From Octopus vulgaris (lineage: Eukaryota), in contig OX597822.1 in the NCBI GenBank assembly GCA_951406725.2, positions 21,266,001 through 21,330,000 on the forward strand: a DNA stretch of 64,000 bases, in the 5' to 3' direction. Both the position numbers and the translations under genes were made by a program. The notes under the pieces are model-generated. The model was not told the origin of the DNA, did no database searches, and saw nothing but the letters and a program-made list of their open reading frames with translations. Shown here in pieces: positions 1 through 12,731 of the stretch (positions within the stretch are counted from its first letter, which is position 1; each line of letters begins with the position of its first letter).

Positions 1-717
1 TGTAAGTCAACATACCTGTTTTAACTGTAAATTTTAGTCTGAAAACTTTGACTCAGAAATATGGTATATGTCTTGTACCACTTTTATAGCCACCATCATA
101 TATAAGGAAGTATATGTGTGAACACATATTGCGTTCTATTGTTTGTGTAACTGATTAAGTTTCACATACATATTATACAAGATAACACTGGAAAACTGAC
201 TCCACCTACTTGAACAATTTTGGACTCACCAAACAGAACTTACAAGGAAATATTCAAACTACCAAATCAATGTAAAAAGTGGCAACAAACAGTGGCATAT
301 AATTTTTTAATGATTGAATATGTTAGATAATCAGAATGGTAGCTGACACTTGGAATATTCTACAACATTTTAGATACACTTTATTGATTTTAAGAGGCTT
401 CTGGTGATTATTAATATTTTCAAAAGAAAATTTTCATAAACATTTGCTCTATTGAATATATTTTAAACATTCCTAATTAATTTCTTATTTTAATTTAGAT
501 AATTTAATACAGTTAAATAAATATATAAAGCGTGCAATACTGTTTGTTTCAAAAATTTTTCCCCTAAAGATTTCCTAGTAATTTTTAATAATTTTACTGA
601 TTAAATTTGGATATAAAATTGTTCATTTAAATCTGCCTCTAGTTCTTGTTCGATCAGGAAATATTTTGCAACTATTGCAGCAGATTATGCTGCAAAATAC
701 TGTCTCTTTCTCTTTTG

Positions 718-764
<47 letters not shown>

Positions 765-765
765 G

Positions 766-1303
766 GTTCAGATGTGCAGAAAAGAAAAGACAAAGGCAGG
801 TGAGGGAGCAAGAAGCAGGTGTATTAGTTTGATGCTTGGGAAGAATGGAAAAGTCTTTGACATTTAGAGCCTACACTCTTTGAAAGAAAGGATGAGAGGA
901 AATAAACAGAGCGAGAAAAATTGTGTCAGGATTAACGGTTTAACATGGCGAAATGACTTGAAGAAAGAGGTCAAGTGAAGGAGAGATAACAGTGTCCTAG
1001 CTGAACTGGGGTGTAGCATGTATGTGTGTGTATGTGAGAATGGTGTCTGAGTTTGTGTGGGGGCGAGTGCATGTGTATGTATGTGCGGACATTACATCAT
1101 GTTGAACCATTAATCCATACACACTTTTTCTCTCAACTTTTTTTTCATTCTCTCTCCACCTTTTTTTTTGTCCTCTGTCCTTTCTATCTATGAGCATAGG
1201 CTTGAAATGTCAAAGACTTTCCCATTCTTCCCAAGTGTCAAACTAATACACCCGCTTGTTGTTCTTTCCCTTGTTTTCTCCTTTGTTTTCTGCAAATTTG
1301 AAC
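766..1303. mobile_element. Inverted-repeat element (arms ~766-910 and ~1130-1303), probably Penelope-terminus derived, with decayed hammerhead-like motifs
   Basis: Left arm GGTGTATTAGTTTGATGCTTGGGAAGAATGGAAAAGTCTTTGACATTT is the near reverse complement of right arm AAATGTCAAAGACTTTCCCATTCTTCCCAAGTGTCAAACTAATACACC. Right arm reads cttt-CTATCTA-tgagc atag gctt-GAAA-tg-TC-aaag. Confidence 0.65.
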
Positions 1304-1769
1304 AAAACACAAACACACACAAAGAGGATGGGTAGTTGATTTTGAGTGTGTTCTATGAGGGTGAAGTTTCAGCATCATGTCTGTTCTATAAAGTTGCTGT
1401 GTTTCACTGCAATTAGTTTTAAAGATTACTCAGATGTATTACTGGCATTCTATGTTTTTGTTGCTCTTACGGATTTGGAGATGCTGTAAAATTACTTGAT
1501 TTACATTCAAAATTCATTAGGTAGTCATATTCCTTAATTGTTAAACCTTTTCAGTGGAGATGAATGGAGGTGCTAATTTTCTTTATTATTTTTGAATGTT
1601 AGTAATTGTTTACCTTTTCACAATGTCCATTTCTTACATCAAGCACCTGAAGAGAAATAGGAAATTCACAAAAGTTAAATTGCTCAGTATAATATAAACA
1701 TACACCTAAAGCAGCAATGACTTGAATAATTACTCTGCTCTCTGTACAACTGCAACAACTAATCAGAAA

Positions 1770-1945
1770 GTTTCTACATAGTTAACCTACCTATCAAAAT
1801 ATAAGTAAAGTCTTCCTCAAATATCTTATTTTTTAAAAAATGAAAATGAAGTTAAGGAGCAGTGTAGTCCTAAGATGTGATGGTCATGGCTAGACTACTT
1901 TTCATCACAGGTTTGCTCAAAATTATCTGAAATTAAACAACAATA
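1770..1945 (+). repeat. Old interspersed repeat 'family C' ending in (AAC)n, probable SINE/LINE tail. Other copies: ~15270-15485, 26600-26720, 32200-32410, 33420-33605 (+); 9380-9480, 14560-14790, 20815-21000, 45530-45630 (-)
   Basis: Recurrent degenerate motifs ctacatgg..acctgctagaaatagcagccaaat..ccctcaaa and gatggtcatggctgga..ctttgatca..ggt.tgctcaatca..ctaaacaacaa. Confidence 0.55.
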
Positions 1946-2084
1946 GTTATTACTGTTTTATGAATACTCTCAGATCACTACACATGGCGTGGACTAAAAG
2001 CATTATTCAGAAACCTTACACAAAATATATATAATGGCTTCAATGCATTGTATATGCTTTGAAGCGTATATATATAAGTTCAGC

Positions 2085-2270
2085 AAAATTTAGATTCAGA
2101 TGAATATGGTACTTAAGTTAAAGGCACCAGAATTTTGTATGGTATTATCCATATAAATCAAATGGGGTGATTATAATCAAAATCAGCAACAAGGATTTCC
2201 AAGGTAGTGTAGTACAATTGTTTCATGCTACTTCATTTTATCAAACACTATAAGTATTACATCAGTTTTA
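2085..2270 (-). mobile_element. Penelope-terminus-like repeat with decayed hammerhead motif; second copy at 44400-44608
   Basis: Minus strand reads CTGATGT-aatactt...aagtagcat-GAAA-CAATTG-TA. Segments align with the reverse complement of 44460-44608. Confidence 0.5.
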
Positions 2271-4845
2271 AAATGTCAAGCAATCTTCAGCCACATATAG
2301 AATTTTTCAATTAAATGGACAATGCACATTCTTATACTTATTTCATTTGCCAACATTACAAAGAGGGTAGATATATAGGCAGAGAGGTTAATTTCATCAT
2401 TAAGAACATGATGGTGGTATGTTCTTCTCTGTCTGTTATTTGGAGATATATATAAAACACTAAAAAACAAATCCATCATTCTAACTGCTATTGTCACCTG
2501 TCTTTCTTTTGATTCCATTTCTCACTTCATTGTCATACACCAAATACTAAATATCTTATGAAACAAAGCAAAATGATTATTACTTACCTATTTTTAATTT
2601 ACCAACTCTTTTGAGTTTGTAACTACTTGATCTTCCCTTACATTCACACAACCACAAATGTAAATCATATGCAAATTCCAGCTCAATTCTATCTTTCAGG
2701 AATTAGATTTAAAATATTTCTCCTTAACATAACAGGATATCATGAAATACAATATTTCAGTGACACCAATATTACAACACATGACAAAAACACTAGGGCT
2801 CACTTGCAAAACTTCTGCACGCTCTCAACACATAGAAGTAATGGAAAAGAAAGCAAAAAAATGCACAAATATATTTAGAGCATTATGATCATCACATTTA
2901 GCAATAAATTGTGTGCAAACAATACATAAAATCCTGGACTGATTATACCAAACTCCAACTTCCCTTAAATCTTGACAATAAACCACAAAGAAACTACAGA
3001 ACAACTGAAATTACAGACAACACTCATAGACCAAAAACAGAAAATAGCCTTAGTCTTAAACATTGCTCAGATGCCCACCACCAATAAATGCAGAGGAACA
3101 GTAACCATTTGCAGTTTGAATGAATCCTCTTTGTGTCTGCCTTTGATGTGACCATTGCTAGTATCCACAAATGCACAAACATTTTCTGGGCTGTTATAAA
3201 AGGTCAAAATACGTCGAGACAGTCATTATGCAGCACTGACCACTGTATGTTATAATGTGCAGTGTTGTGTTTAACAAGGTAGCAGTCATGGTGTATTTAC
3301 AACACTACATCCAAGAGTTGTACTTGATTGCTTAACCAGAGTACTATGAGACTGTTCACTCCAAGCTGACCAGGGATTACATAATATCGTTATGATGTCC
3401 CCCACCATCATCATTCTAACTTACACATGTTTCTCCTATATCTTTCTATGTTGCTTCAGACTAAATGGATTTGAAGGAACATTTCTCTCCATTTGCCAAG
3501 TATTGATGCTGTAATAATTTCTGTGATACTATTCTCCTCACTAATACAATATCCTATTTCAATAACTGAATCACGCTTTATACATTGCCATAAAATTATA
3601 TCTATCATTGTATCTGTGTAGACAATATCCCTAATTTGATAACTCAGTCATTATTTATGCCTCTGAGGTGTAAATAATTTCCCACTCCTATTAGAGTGCC
3701 ATACTGGATATTTGGTAGGCCAAAGTTCAGTAGTAGTCGCTCAAAGACAACATGCTAGCCATAAAATGATTTTATATTTCTTTTAAAGTACATAAATACA
3801 GTAATAATATAATTGAATTATTCTGTATTCATGCTGTATTCAGAAAATATTTATCTGTGATATTCAAAATGTTGGGGTACTATTTCTTTCATAGTATTCA
3901 GCACTCACTATGTCACTCTTTTGAATTGGACTCTTTCCTGAATTGGCTATACCTTTTATTTTGCTATTCTTCCTATTCATTATTTCTGTTCACATAACAA
4001 TTACGTTTTTGATAATACTCTTAGGCTATGGTAAATCCTTATGTTGATATCAGCATCAATTTTTGTATATTCCATCTTTTGTTTCTATGATTAAATTCTT
4101 ATTTCAGTTGCTGTACATACAACTATTTTCTATTACTGCAGCAATAAGTTCTATATCAATAGATCCAATGCTGTATAATTATTTCAAGCAGCTCTAGCGA
4201 TGTATTGCTGTGTAATCACTTCTTATAAATCTTATTCATATGTTTGTAATGATTTCAGCTATTTCTGTATTTTTGTTGAAAATTCTGCCGAGGCAAACAT
4301 ACAAAAAGATTTAGCAATCATTATCAAACAGAATTTAGGTACAGAAAAAAGAAAATGTGAGACACAAAATGGCTTCTGTTTTTTTTTTCCTAACATTTAA
4401 GAGAACAATACAGCTGCATCTCATTAAATGAAGAAATGTTCCTTGCAACACCTTAAAGGGATAAATCTTTCGACAGTTCATTTAAAAACTAAAACAAAAA
4501 GCACTACAACATTAAAAATAAATATCAGTGTGTTGTGAAATTAGAAAATTAAAGCTTTCGTTTTGTCTTTAGCTTTTTAAAAGGCAAGTGAAGATGGATA
4601 AAGTATAGTTAAGAGAATAGATTCCTCTCAGTTTAATGGGATGTGAATGAAATTTCCCAATATTCAAGTGCAATATAATGACAACATTTTAAATGCACTT
4701 ATTTTCTTTTTTAGTTGGCTTTTAAATTTTCATCTAAATGTGTGGTTGTGTTTTTATCCTTTTCTCATCTCTCCTGATTTAAGAAAATGTAGGCATGGCT
4801 GAACGTTTTGTCACATGTACACATGTATACAAACAGGCACACACA

Positions 4846-4878
<33 letters not shown>

Positions 4879-4889
4879 GCATGCACATA

Positions 4890-5100
4890 AGGTGCAGACA
4901 TAGCTATGTGGTTAAGTTTCCATTCCATCCATATGATTTTGGGGTTAGCCTTGGACCTTAGGCAGGTGTCTCCTGCTATGGGTCCAGGCTGAACTAGGAT
5001 TTGTGAGTAGATTCAGAATACAGAAACTGAAAGACCATCATGTGTGTGTGTGCAGGTTGTATGTATGTATTTGTAAGTCTTGCCTACTTTTGTCAAAGAA
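4890..5100 (+). mobile_element. Degenerate SINE family A, 5' half
   Basis: ggtgcagacatagctatgtggttaag..ccttaggcaggtgtctcctgctatg..gaaactgaaag matches the cleaner copy at 38088. Confidence 0.65.
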
Positions 5101-5292
5101 AAAAAAGGATGAGAGAAGTATAGTGATAGGGGTGGGGAAAGTCTGTGGTTCTTAGTGATGAACAGCGTGGGGGTTGACAGTAGATTTGAGAGGGTGAAAC
5201 ATATATATATATATATATATACATAGGAAGTATTAAGAATGACATGTGTGTGTATATATATATATACATATACACACACACACACATATATA

Positions 5293-5482
5293 TATTGATT
5301 TCAAATTTTGGCACATGGCCAGCAATTTCGAGTAAATTGGGTAAGTTGATTACATCAACCCCCATTGAAGGATGAAAGACAAAGTTGACCTCAGCAGAAT
5401 TTGAACTCAGAATGTAAAGATAGGTGAAATTGCACTTAGTATTTTAGCCTGGCATGCTAATGATTCTGTCAGGTCACCACCT
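5293..5482 (-). mobile_element. SINE family B
   Basis: Reverse complement of ttctgagttcaaattctgctgaggtcaactttgtctttcatcc, with tail gtgccaaaatttgaaatcaat. Confidence 0.75.
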
Positions 5483-5485
5483 TTA

Positions 5486-5526
<41 letters not shown>

Positions 5527-5788
5527 GCACATACATATGGGTGTGTGTGTGTATGTATGTGTATTTGTGCTACATCAAACCCTCTTTACTGCCTCTCCTC
5601 ACTTTGCATTCTCCTTCTTCTCCCTCTCACTTTGTGTCCTCCCTCCTTCTTCTATAACTCCCATGTACTATCTTATCTCTCCTCCACCTAGGCTGATCAC
5701 ATCTTTATCATCAAATTAACTTCAATCTGACACTTCATTTTCATCTAGGTTCATATATATATGTGTATGTATGTATATATATATGTAT

Positions 5789-5820
<32 letters not shown>

Positions 5821-5825
5821 GTATA

Positions 5826-6718
5826 CGAGGTCTGATCAATAAGTATCCAGACTGTTGCCATAGTAACGAAGCTAAAGCATACAGAGTGAAGCTGCTCAGC
5901 ACAAATTGGCATTGAACTCTGTTGTGTATGCACACTAGTTTTTAACATTCTAGCCCACTTCTGCTGTTTACAGCAGTGCTTGGAGGGAAGGTGTGTAACA
6001 TGTGATCATTGCATTGACCAAGACAGAGAAAGTTGTCTTGGCAGTACCTGCTCAGAGGCCTGCACAAAGTTGCAGAAAATGTATGGAGAGGAGTGTATGA
6101 ATCACGCACAAGTGTTCAAGTGGTTCAGACGTTTCCAAGATGGCTGAAAAATGTTGATATTGACAAATGTTCTGGGAGGCTCATGACCAGCAGAACTGAG
6201 AAAAACATCGCAGATTTACATGCAGCTGTGTGGGGAAATCATCGAATCACTATCTGTGAGTTATAAGAGGATGTGCAGATTAGTTATGGTTCAGTTCAGT
6301 CCATTATCACTGAAGATTTGGGTATGGGTCACGTGTCTGCCAAGTTTGTGCCAAAACTGCTTTCACCTGACCAAAAAGATACTCGGGTTTCAGCAGCACA
6401 AGATCTCTTTGATTGTGTACAAAATGTTGAAAACTCTTTGAAAATTTTGCATAGGCCTCTGAGCGGGTATCGCCAAGCTTTTGGCAAAATCTGATGCAGA
6501 TTCTTTGCTCATTTTCTCTGTCATGGTCAATACGATGATCACACACTACACACCTTCCTTCCAAGCTCTGCTATAAAGAGTGGAAGTGAGCTAAAATGTG
6601 AAAACTTAGTGCACATACACAACAGAGTTCAATGTCAATCTGTGCCAAGCAGCTTTACACAGCATGCTCTAGGTTCGTTATTATGGCAACAGTCCGAATA
6701 CTTATTGATCAGACCATG
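5826..6718 (+). mobile_element. Mariner-derived fold-back element with two 5' ends and an N-terminal transposase remnant
   Basis: TA|CGAGGTCTGATCAATAAGTATCC ... GAATACTTATTGATCAGACCATG|TA. Inverted arms are ~250-280 bp. Remnant NHRITICEL..ISYGSVQSIITEDLGMGHVSAKFVPKLL is mariner HTH2 plus a WVPHEL-equivalent linker. No DDD domain. Confidence 0.9.
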
Positions 6719-6740
6719 TATATATATATATATATATATA

Positions 6741-7262
6741 TCATCGTCATCATCATTATCGTTTAACGTCCGCTTTCCATGCTAGCATGGGTTGAACAGT
6801 TCAACTGGGGTCTGGGAAGCCAGAAGGCTGCGCCAGGCCCAGTCTGATCTGGCAGTGTTTCTACAGCTGGATGCCCTTCCTAACCCCAACCGCTCCGCGA
6901 GTGTAGTGGGTGCTTTTTACGTGCCACCTGCACAGGTGCCAGACAAGGCTGGCAAACAGCCACAATCAGATGGTGCTTTTTACATGCCACCGGCACGGGG
7001 GCCAGGCAAGGCTGCCAACGGCCACAATCGGATGGTGCTTTTTACGTGCCACCGGCACGGAGGCCAGTCGGGGCAGCACTGGCAACGGCCACATTCGGAT
7101 GGTATCATAGCTACAATTTCCATTGATGTTGATCGATTTTGATTTTGATTTTTGATTTTCACTTGCCTCAACAGGTCTTCACAAGTAGGGTTTGTGTCAC
7201 AAGAAGGAAAGGTATGCATAAGTGGGCTGGCTACGTCTCAGGTAGAGGCCACGGGTTATGGT
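6741..7262 (-). mobile_element. RTE-clade LINE 3' UTR, 5'-truncated, with internal ~62-bp repeats and (GAT)n tail, embedded in (TA)n
   Basis: Terminal motif catcatcgtttaacgtccg..ctggatgcccttcctaac is shared with 30697-31402, which links to the RTE ORF end. 7140-7262 matches the reverse complement of the post-stop region at 43290-43410. Confidence 0.85.
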
Positions 7263-8244
7263 CATATATATATATATCGCAAATAAGAAAATGGAGGAGA
7301 ACAATGGGTGTTTCAGCAAATTTTGGACTGGTAAAATATCTCTTTGTCTTCACCCATTTAGTACACTAGGTAATGTAAATTGTAAGGCAATAAAAAACAC
7401 TTGTATATTAATAATTGGGCATTCTACCAGCCGTATTTTGGATAGATATTATCCCTTAGTGGGTTGGATTCACAACCCCTAACTTTTTGGAGTTATATAT
7501 ATATATATATATAAGGAAGGCTGCATTTGATCACTCTCACCCCTCCACCACCACCACCACCTCCACCACCACCACCTCCACCACCATCTAAAAATACAGT
7601 CTAGCTTTATCCTGTTATACACATCTTTCTGTATTACTGACCAGCAGACACTCTCTCATATGTCACCTCTATTGTCACTCAACTCCTACTGTTGCCTTTC
7701 CCTCACTAACCATTCTTACATTTTAATACCCACCAGCTTTTCTTTCTCTCACCACTCCCATTGCATTCATCCACTACTCCCACTCTAACTGTTCTCCATA
7801 CACAGTCTCCTCTCCTGGGATGCTTTCTCTACATTCACACTCTGCATTTCATTGCTACCTCTTGGTACTCTGCAACTACTACTCCTGCTCTTCCTCCCTC
7901 TATTTCATTTTCTCTCGCTGTCCTCTCTCCACAGCTTTTCCACTTCAGCACTTCTCTGACTTACCCTTACAACTTATGCATCTTTCTTTCAATGACCTTT
8001 TTATTTCTTACTATCCTTTTCTGTTTCTCCCTTTCTCTCTCTTATTTCTCTTATACTTTTTGTCTGCATTCACCTTTAAATTGTCCTGGATCCCCTACAC
8101 AAACCACCTTATCTTTCCACTCTGTCCTACTCTTGTTTTTACTAACCCATAATACTATTTCCTTTCCTTTTTCCTATTCCCTACCTTATTTCCTTCCCCA
8201 GTAGAGTCTACTCTGTTACTCTCTCCAATACTACCCCCTCACAA

Positions 8245-8641
8245 CTCTTTTACTCTTTTACTTGTTTCAGTCATTTGACTGCGGCCATGCTGGAGCACCG
8301 CCTTTACTCAAGGAAATCGACCCCCAGGACTTATTCTTTGTAAGCCTAGTACTTATTCTATCGGTCTCTTTTGCCGAACTGCTAAGTTACGGGGACGTAA
8401 ATACACCAGCATCAGTTGTCAAGCGATGTTGGGGGGACAAACACAGACACACAAACACACACACATATACATAGATATATATGACAGGCTTCTTTCAGTT
8501 TTCTGTCTACCAAATTCACTCACAATGCTTTGGTTGGCCTGAGGCTATAGTAGAAAACACTTGCCCAAGGTGCCACACAGTGGGACTGAACCCGGAACCA
8601 TGTGGCTGGTAAGCAAGCTACTTACCACACAGCCACTCCTG
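8245..8641 (-). mobile_element. SINE family A, near full length (tRNA-derived head)
   Basis: Head caggagtggctgtgtggtaagtagcttgc..ggttccgggttcagtccc has A/B-box-like motifs. Internal (TA)/(TG) tract; tail ctgaaacaagtaaaagagtaaaagag. Confidence 0.9.
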
Positions 8642-9179
8642 TTTTCTCTTATCTTGCTTTAGTCTTGTTCAGCACACCCTCTCTCTTCTGTTTCCCTTCA
8701 GATATAGTGGTCACTTTAGATCTTTAGTCTTGCAAGTTGTAAGACAGCGTCACTAGTGCTAGTGCTACAAAAACTAAAGTGGTTCATGTGTGGAAGGGCA
8801 TTCAGCCATGGAAACCATATCAAAGTAGACAATAGAACACAGAGCAATCCTGAATCATTTAGGTCATTAAGTTACCTTTAATTATGAAGCTTTTGAGACC
8901 TATTTAAATAAGTACCAGTCTAGACAGGTGACTGGCAGGACTGTAAAAACACTGCAACATTTGTTCCGACTTATTTCGTTTGAGTTCAAATTTTGTTATT
9001 GCCTCTTTAAGTGGTAGAGTTAATCAGTCACCTCACCTAGTTTCACTCCTTCATAATGCATTTTAGATGCCTTTGTTGAAGTCTGCTATGTTGCAAGCAT
9101 TTAAGCCAGGTCTCTAGTTAGAGGAAATCTTTCTTCCCCATTTTAATCAATCTTGGAGGCCTTATAGGCATCATCTGTT

Positions 9180-9350
9180 ATCATGGGCACTATCTTTTGT
9201 CTTGGCTATATGATAAAATAATAACTTGTTAAGGGCTTCTATTTTTACGACACCTCTGTAGCTCTCTGGCAATTGTAGCTATTGTCCAGACCTCTGTTAT
9301 TGCTGATCAAATAGTCCAATGTTTACATGCATTATAAGTGTGGCTGTCCA
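9180..9350 (-). pseudogene. Possible very old RTE endonuclease N-terminal remnant
   Basis: Minus-strand peptides IATIARELQRCR and IEALNK resemble RTE 'TALVARELARY..IAALSETR'. Frameshifted. Confidence 0.3.
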
Positions 9351-10129
9351 TCTTTGCTCTCAGAACTGTGTATGTTATTCAGTGTTTTCTTTTTTAAGAC
9401 TGCAAGATGTGAGTGAAGTTTTGACTGCTATTTCTGGCAGCTCATGAAAACACACACAAGCTTCTTTGTTGACTTGTTGGGCAATTCTATTTGGTCTTGA
9501 TAATTAAAACATTAATACTAGTTTTGAGGCTGAGCAGATATATTTTATCTTCTGAATTATGCAGCTATTTTAATTTCTATTCATTTCACTAATAATGTAC
9601 AATGGGCAGAGTTTAAGACACTGATGTTCAAGCTTCTGGAGCTTAGCACCTCTTCAATGAATGATGTTTCATCACTGTATTTATTGCAATATTTTGAAGG
9701 AAAAAATAACTGAACACAACATATTACTTTAATCAATCAGAAACTAATTTTACAATTATTTATTATTCATATCTTTTAGACTGTCTCTTCCAGCATGCAC
9801 CACTTTTCAGATATATGCAGGGATTAGTGCCTGCTATTTAAAATTTTTGTGGAATTAGTAAAGAAAGTGAAAACTTTGTCCATTTATTTGTTTTGTGTCT
9901 GCTTTCCATGCTTGCATGGGTTGGACAAATAAATTATTTGAACCAATGTTTTACTGTCAGATGCTCTTCTTAATGCTAATGTTAACTATTTTTCATGAAA
10001 GGGATTTCTTATCCCAAATGGCTTGAAAGCATGAAGTAAGTGTCCAATTTGATGACAAGAAAAACTAACACACCACCACCTTCCACACTTTCTTACATGT
10101 GATTCCAAATGTAAATAAGTACACATGTA

Positions 10130-10165
<36 letters not shown>

Positions 10166-10344
10166 CACACGCTTATACATGATGACCTTCTTTCAGGTTT
10201 TACCTTCCAAATCCACTCAAAGCTTTAATCAGCCCAGTGTTAAAGCAAAAGGTGCTTTCCCAAAGAGCCATGTGGCAGGGTTGAACCTCAAACTACATGG
10301 CTAGGAAGTGAACTTCTCCACGATACAACCAGCCCTTTATCTCT

Positions 10345-10920
10345 ATATTTTATTTGTTTCAGTCATTAGATTGTGACCATGCTGGAGCACTGCCATGAAG
10401 GATTCTTTAGTTGAATGAATTCACCCCAGGACTTATATTTTTTATAAGCCTGGTACTTATTTTATTGGTCTATTTTGCTGAGCTACTGAGTCATGGGGAT
10501 ACAAACACATCAACACTGGTTGTCAAGGTGGCAAGCTGGCAGAATTGTTAGCATGCCGGGAGAAATACTTAGCGGTATTTAGTCTGCCATTACGTTCTGA
10601 GTTCAAATTCTGCCGAGGTCGACTTTGCCTTTCATCCTTTCGGGGTCGATTAAATAAGTACCAGTTACACACTGGGGTCAAATCTCTGTCTGTCCTTGTT
10701 TCTCCCCTCTATGTTTAGCTCCCTGTGGGCAATAAAGAAAGAAACACTGGTTGTCAAGTGGTGGTAGTGGGACAAACACAAAGACACACACACACACATG
10801 GCAGGTTTCTTTCTGCTTCCATCTACCAAATCCACCCACAAGGCTTTGGTCAGCTTGAGACTATAGCAGAAGACACTTGCCCAAGGTGCAACACAGTAGG
10901 ACTGAACAGCTACACCTGCA
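10345..10920 (-). mobile_element. SINE family A interrupted by a family B SINE
   Basis: Family A sequence on both sides of the insert. Target duplication AACACTGGTTGTCAAG at 10512-10527 and 10743-10758. Confidence 0.85.
10527..10742 (+). mobile_element. SINE family B with Tx1-like 3' tail and 15-16-bp TSD
   Basis: Head ggtggcaagctggcagaattgttagc, B-box-like GAGTTCAAATTC, central gcctttcatcctttcggggtcgat..aagtaccag, tail ending ctgtgggcaataaagaaa. Confidence 0.9.
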
Positions 10921-11705
10921 TTTCTAACACTGCACCTACAACTTGTCTAACAAAATTACACAGGTCATTGGTACATTGTCGGTCATGTTTCTGCTCCTTG
11001 ATTATACAATGTCCAGCTCATTTTAATCCTGATGAAAATGTATTTAAAATATTAGTACTGTATCTGGTTTAAATATTTAAAAAAACCATGACTCTCTGAA
11101 ACATCCAGTACTATCTATAATGCTCTTTTGACTATCTGAATATCACCAAAGGTGTACTATGTCCAGGGTTAAAAACAACTGTTTTAAGATTATATGGTTT
11201 GTGCAAAATAGCTTACTATTTTGAATATTTTGATAACAGCAGAAGTGATTAAAATGAATGAACCTGACACTATCATCTTTACAGACTTTTCTATTTAGTA
11301 CAGTAAACACTGTTTCATACAGTGCTTTTCATTTTACTATATAGTATGTTACTACTATGAACATCTCCCCACATAAATCACTTAAATATATTTGTATTTG
11401 TCATGGAACAAAGATCATGTTGTGGAACCTGTCATTTTTTTTTCTTTGTTACAGAGAAGTAAACAGAGTTGATTAACTTGAGGTTAGTATATTCCTGGTA
11501 ATTGTCTGATCACGCACATTCAGGAAAGACAAAATTCAGACTTTGGAATCTGAACGATGCATGAAATTATGTCTATCAGATCATCTCAGTATTTTCATAG
11601 CTTAACCCCTGCTTCTCTTATAACAATAAAATATCGCTGCTGCTGCTGCTGCTATCCCCCTCCACACCAAAATAATAACAATAATCAATATTCAGTTAGT
11701 GGCTG

Positions 11706-11895
11706 AGGCAGCAAGCTGGCTGAATTGTTAGCTTGCCAGGTGAAATGTTTAGTGACATTTTGTTTGTCTTAATGTTCTGAGTTCAAATTCTGCTGAGGTT
11801 GACTTTGTGATTCATCCTTTTAGAGTCAATAAAATAAGTACCAGTTGAGTACTGGGGTGAATATAATTGACTTGCCCACCCCACAAAATTGATGT
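11706..11895 (+). mobile_element. SINE family B
   Basis: ggcagcaagctggctgaattgttagc..ttctgagttcaaattctgctgaggttgactttg..aataagtaccagttgagtactgggg. Confidence 0.8.
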
Positions 11896-12731
11896 CAATA
11901 TTCTGTTGGTGGCTGTATGTGTAATGCTGTAACTTATGTTTTAATGTCTACTCTTTTATGCTTACAAGGGTCAGGCATGAATATACACTCAGACTCTCAT
12001 GCTCTCTCTCTCACACACACACATACACACACACTCACATATATAAAACAACCTTCTTTCATTTGCCCTCAACCACATTTCATTCACAAATTATTGATCA
12101 ACCTGTGGCAATAGAAGACAACAGCCAACAAATGCAGCAGAACCAAACTCCAAATCAAAACAGTTCTGAAGCAAACTTCTTAACCACATTGCTATGTCTG
12201 TGCCTGTAACTATGGAACAAAACTGAAAAACAATCTATTTATTATAGTTCAAGCATCTACAAAAAAAAAATGAAAAAGAAAAGAGAATGAATCAGGCCAT
12301 TACAGTAAAGGGTTTTCATTGGTATGGCATTGGTTGTGGCATGATGTACTCACAGACATTGATTCTGAGACACAAAGACCTTGTACATGTAACTTTCTTA
12401 TGTCTTTGGAATAATATATGACTCCGGAAAGACGAGGTTAATGATGTAAAACTTCCATAATATATTTGATTTATTTATATTATTGTTAAGACAATTTGAT
12501 TGAATACATAAATACTTAAAATTAAGTTTAGTATATTCACTTACTGGTTCAGACCATTTGGACCATGGCCATACTAGAACACAACAACCTCCAAGTGTTT
12601 AGTTGGCCATTTCAATTCCAGTTCTTATTTTAAGTTCTGATACATATTTTACTGTTTGTTGAGCCAGTAAGTTATGGGACATAAACGGTACTAGTTTTTA
12701 AGCAGTGTGAATATAAACATAGATAGATATA

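Noticed and set aside
3850-4300. Minus-strand purine-rich stretch resembling a decayed LINE ORF
   Set aside because: No diagnostic motif recovered.
6792-7219. GC-rich ORFs on both strands (GAFYVPPA and MVLFTCHRH repeats; also 30584-31506 and 39144-39688)
   Set aside because: Read-through of the RTE 3' UTR tandem repeat; frames are not conserved between copies.
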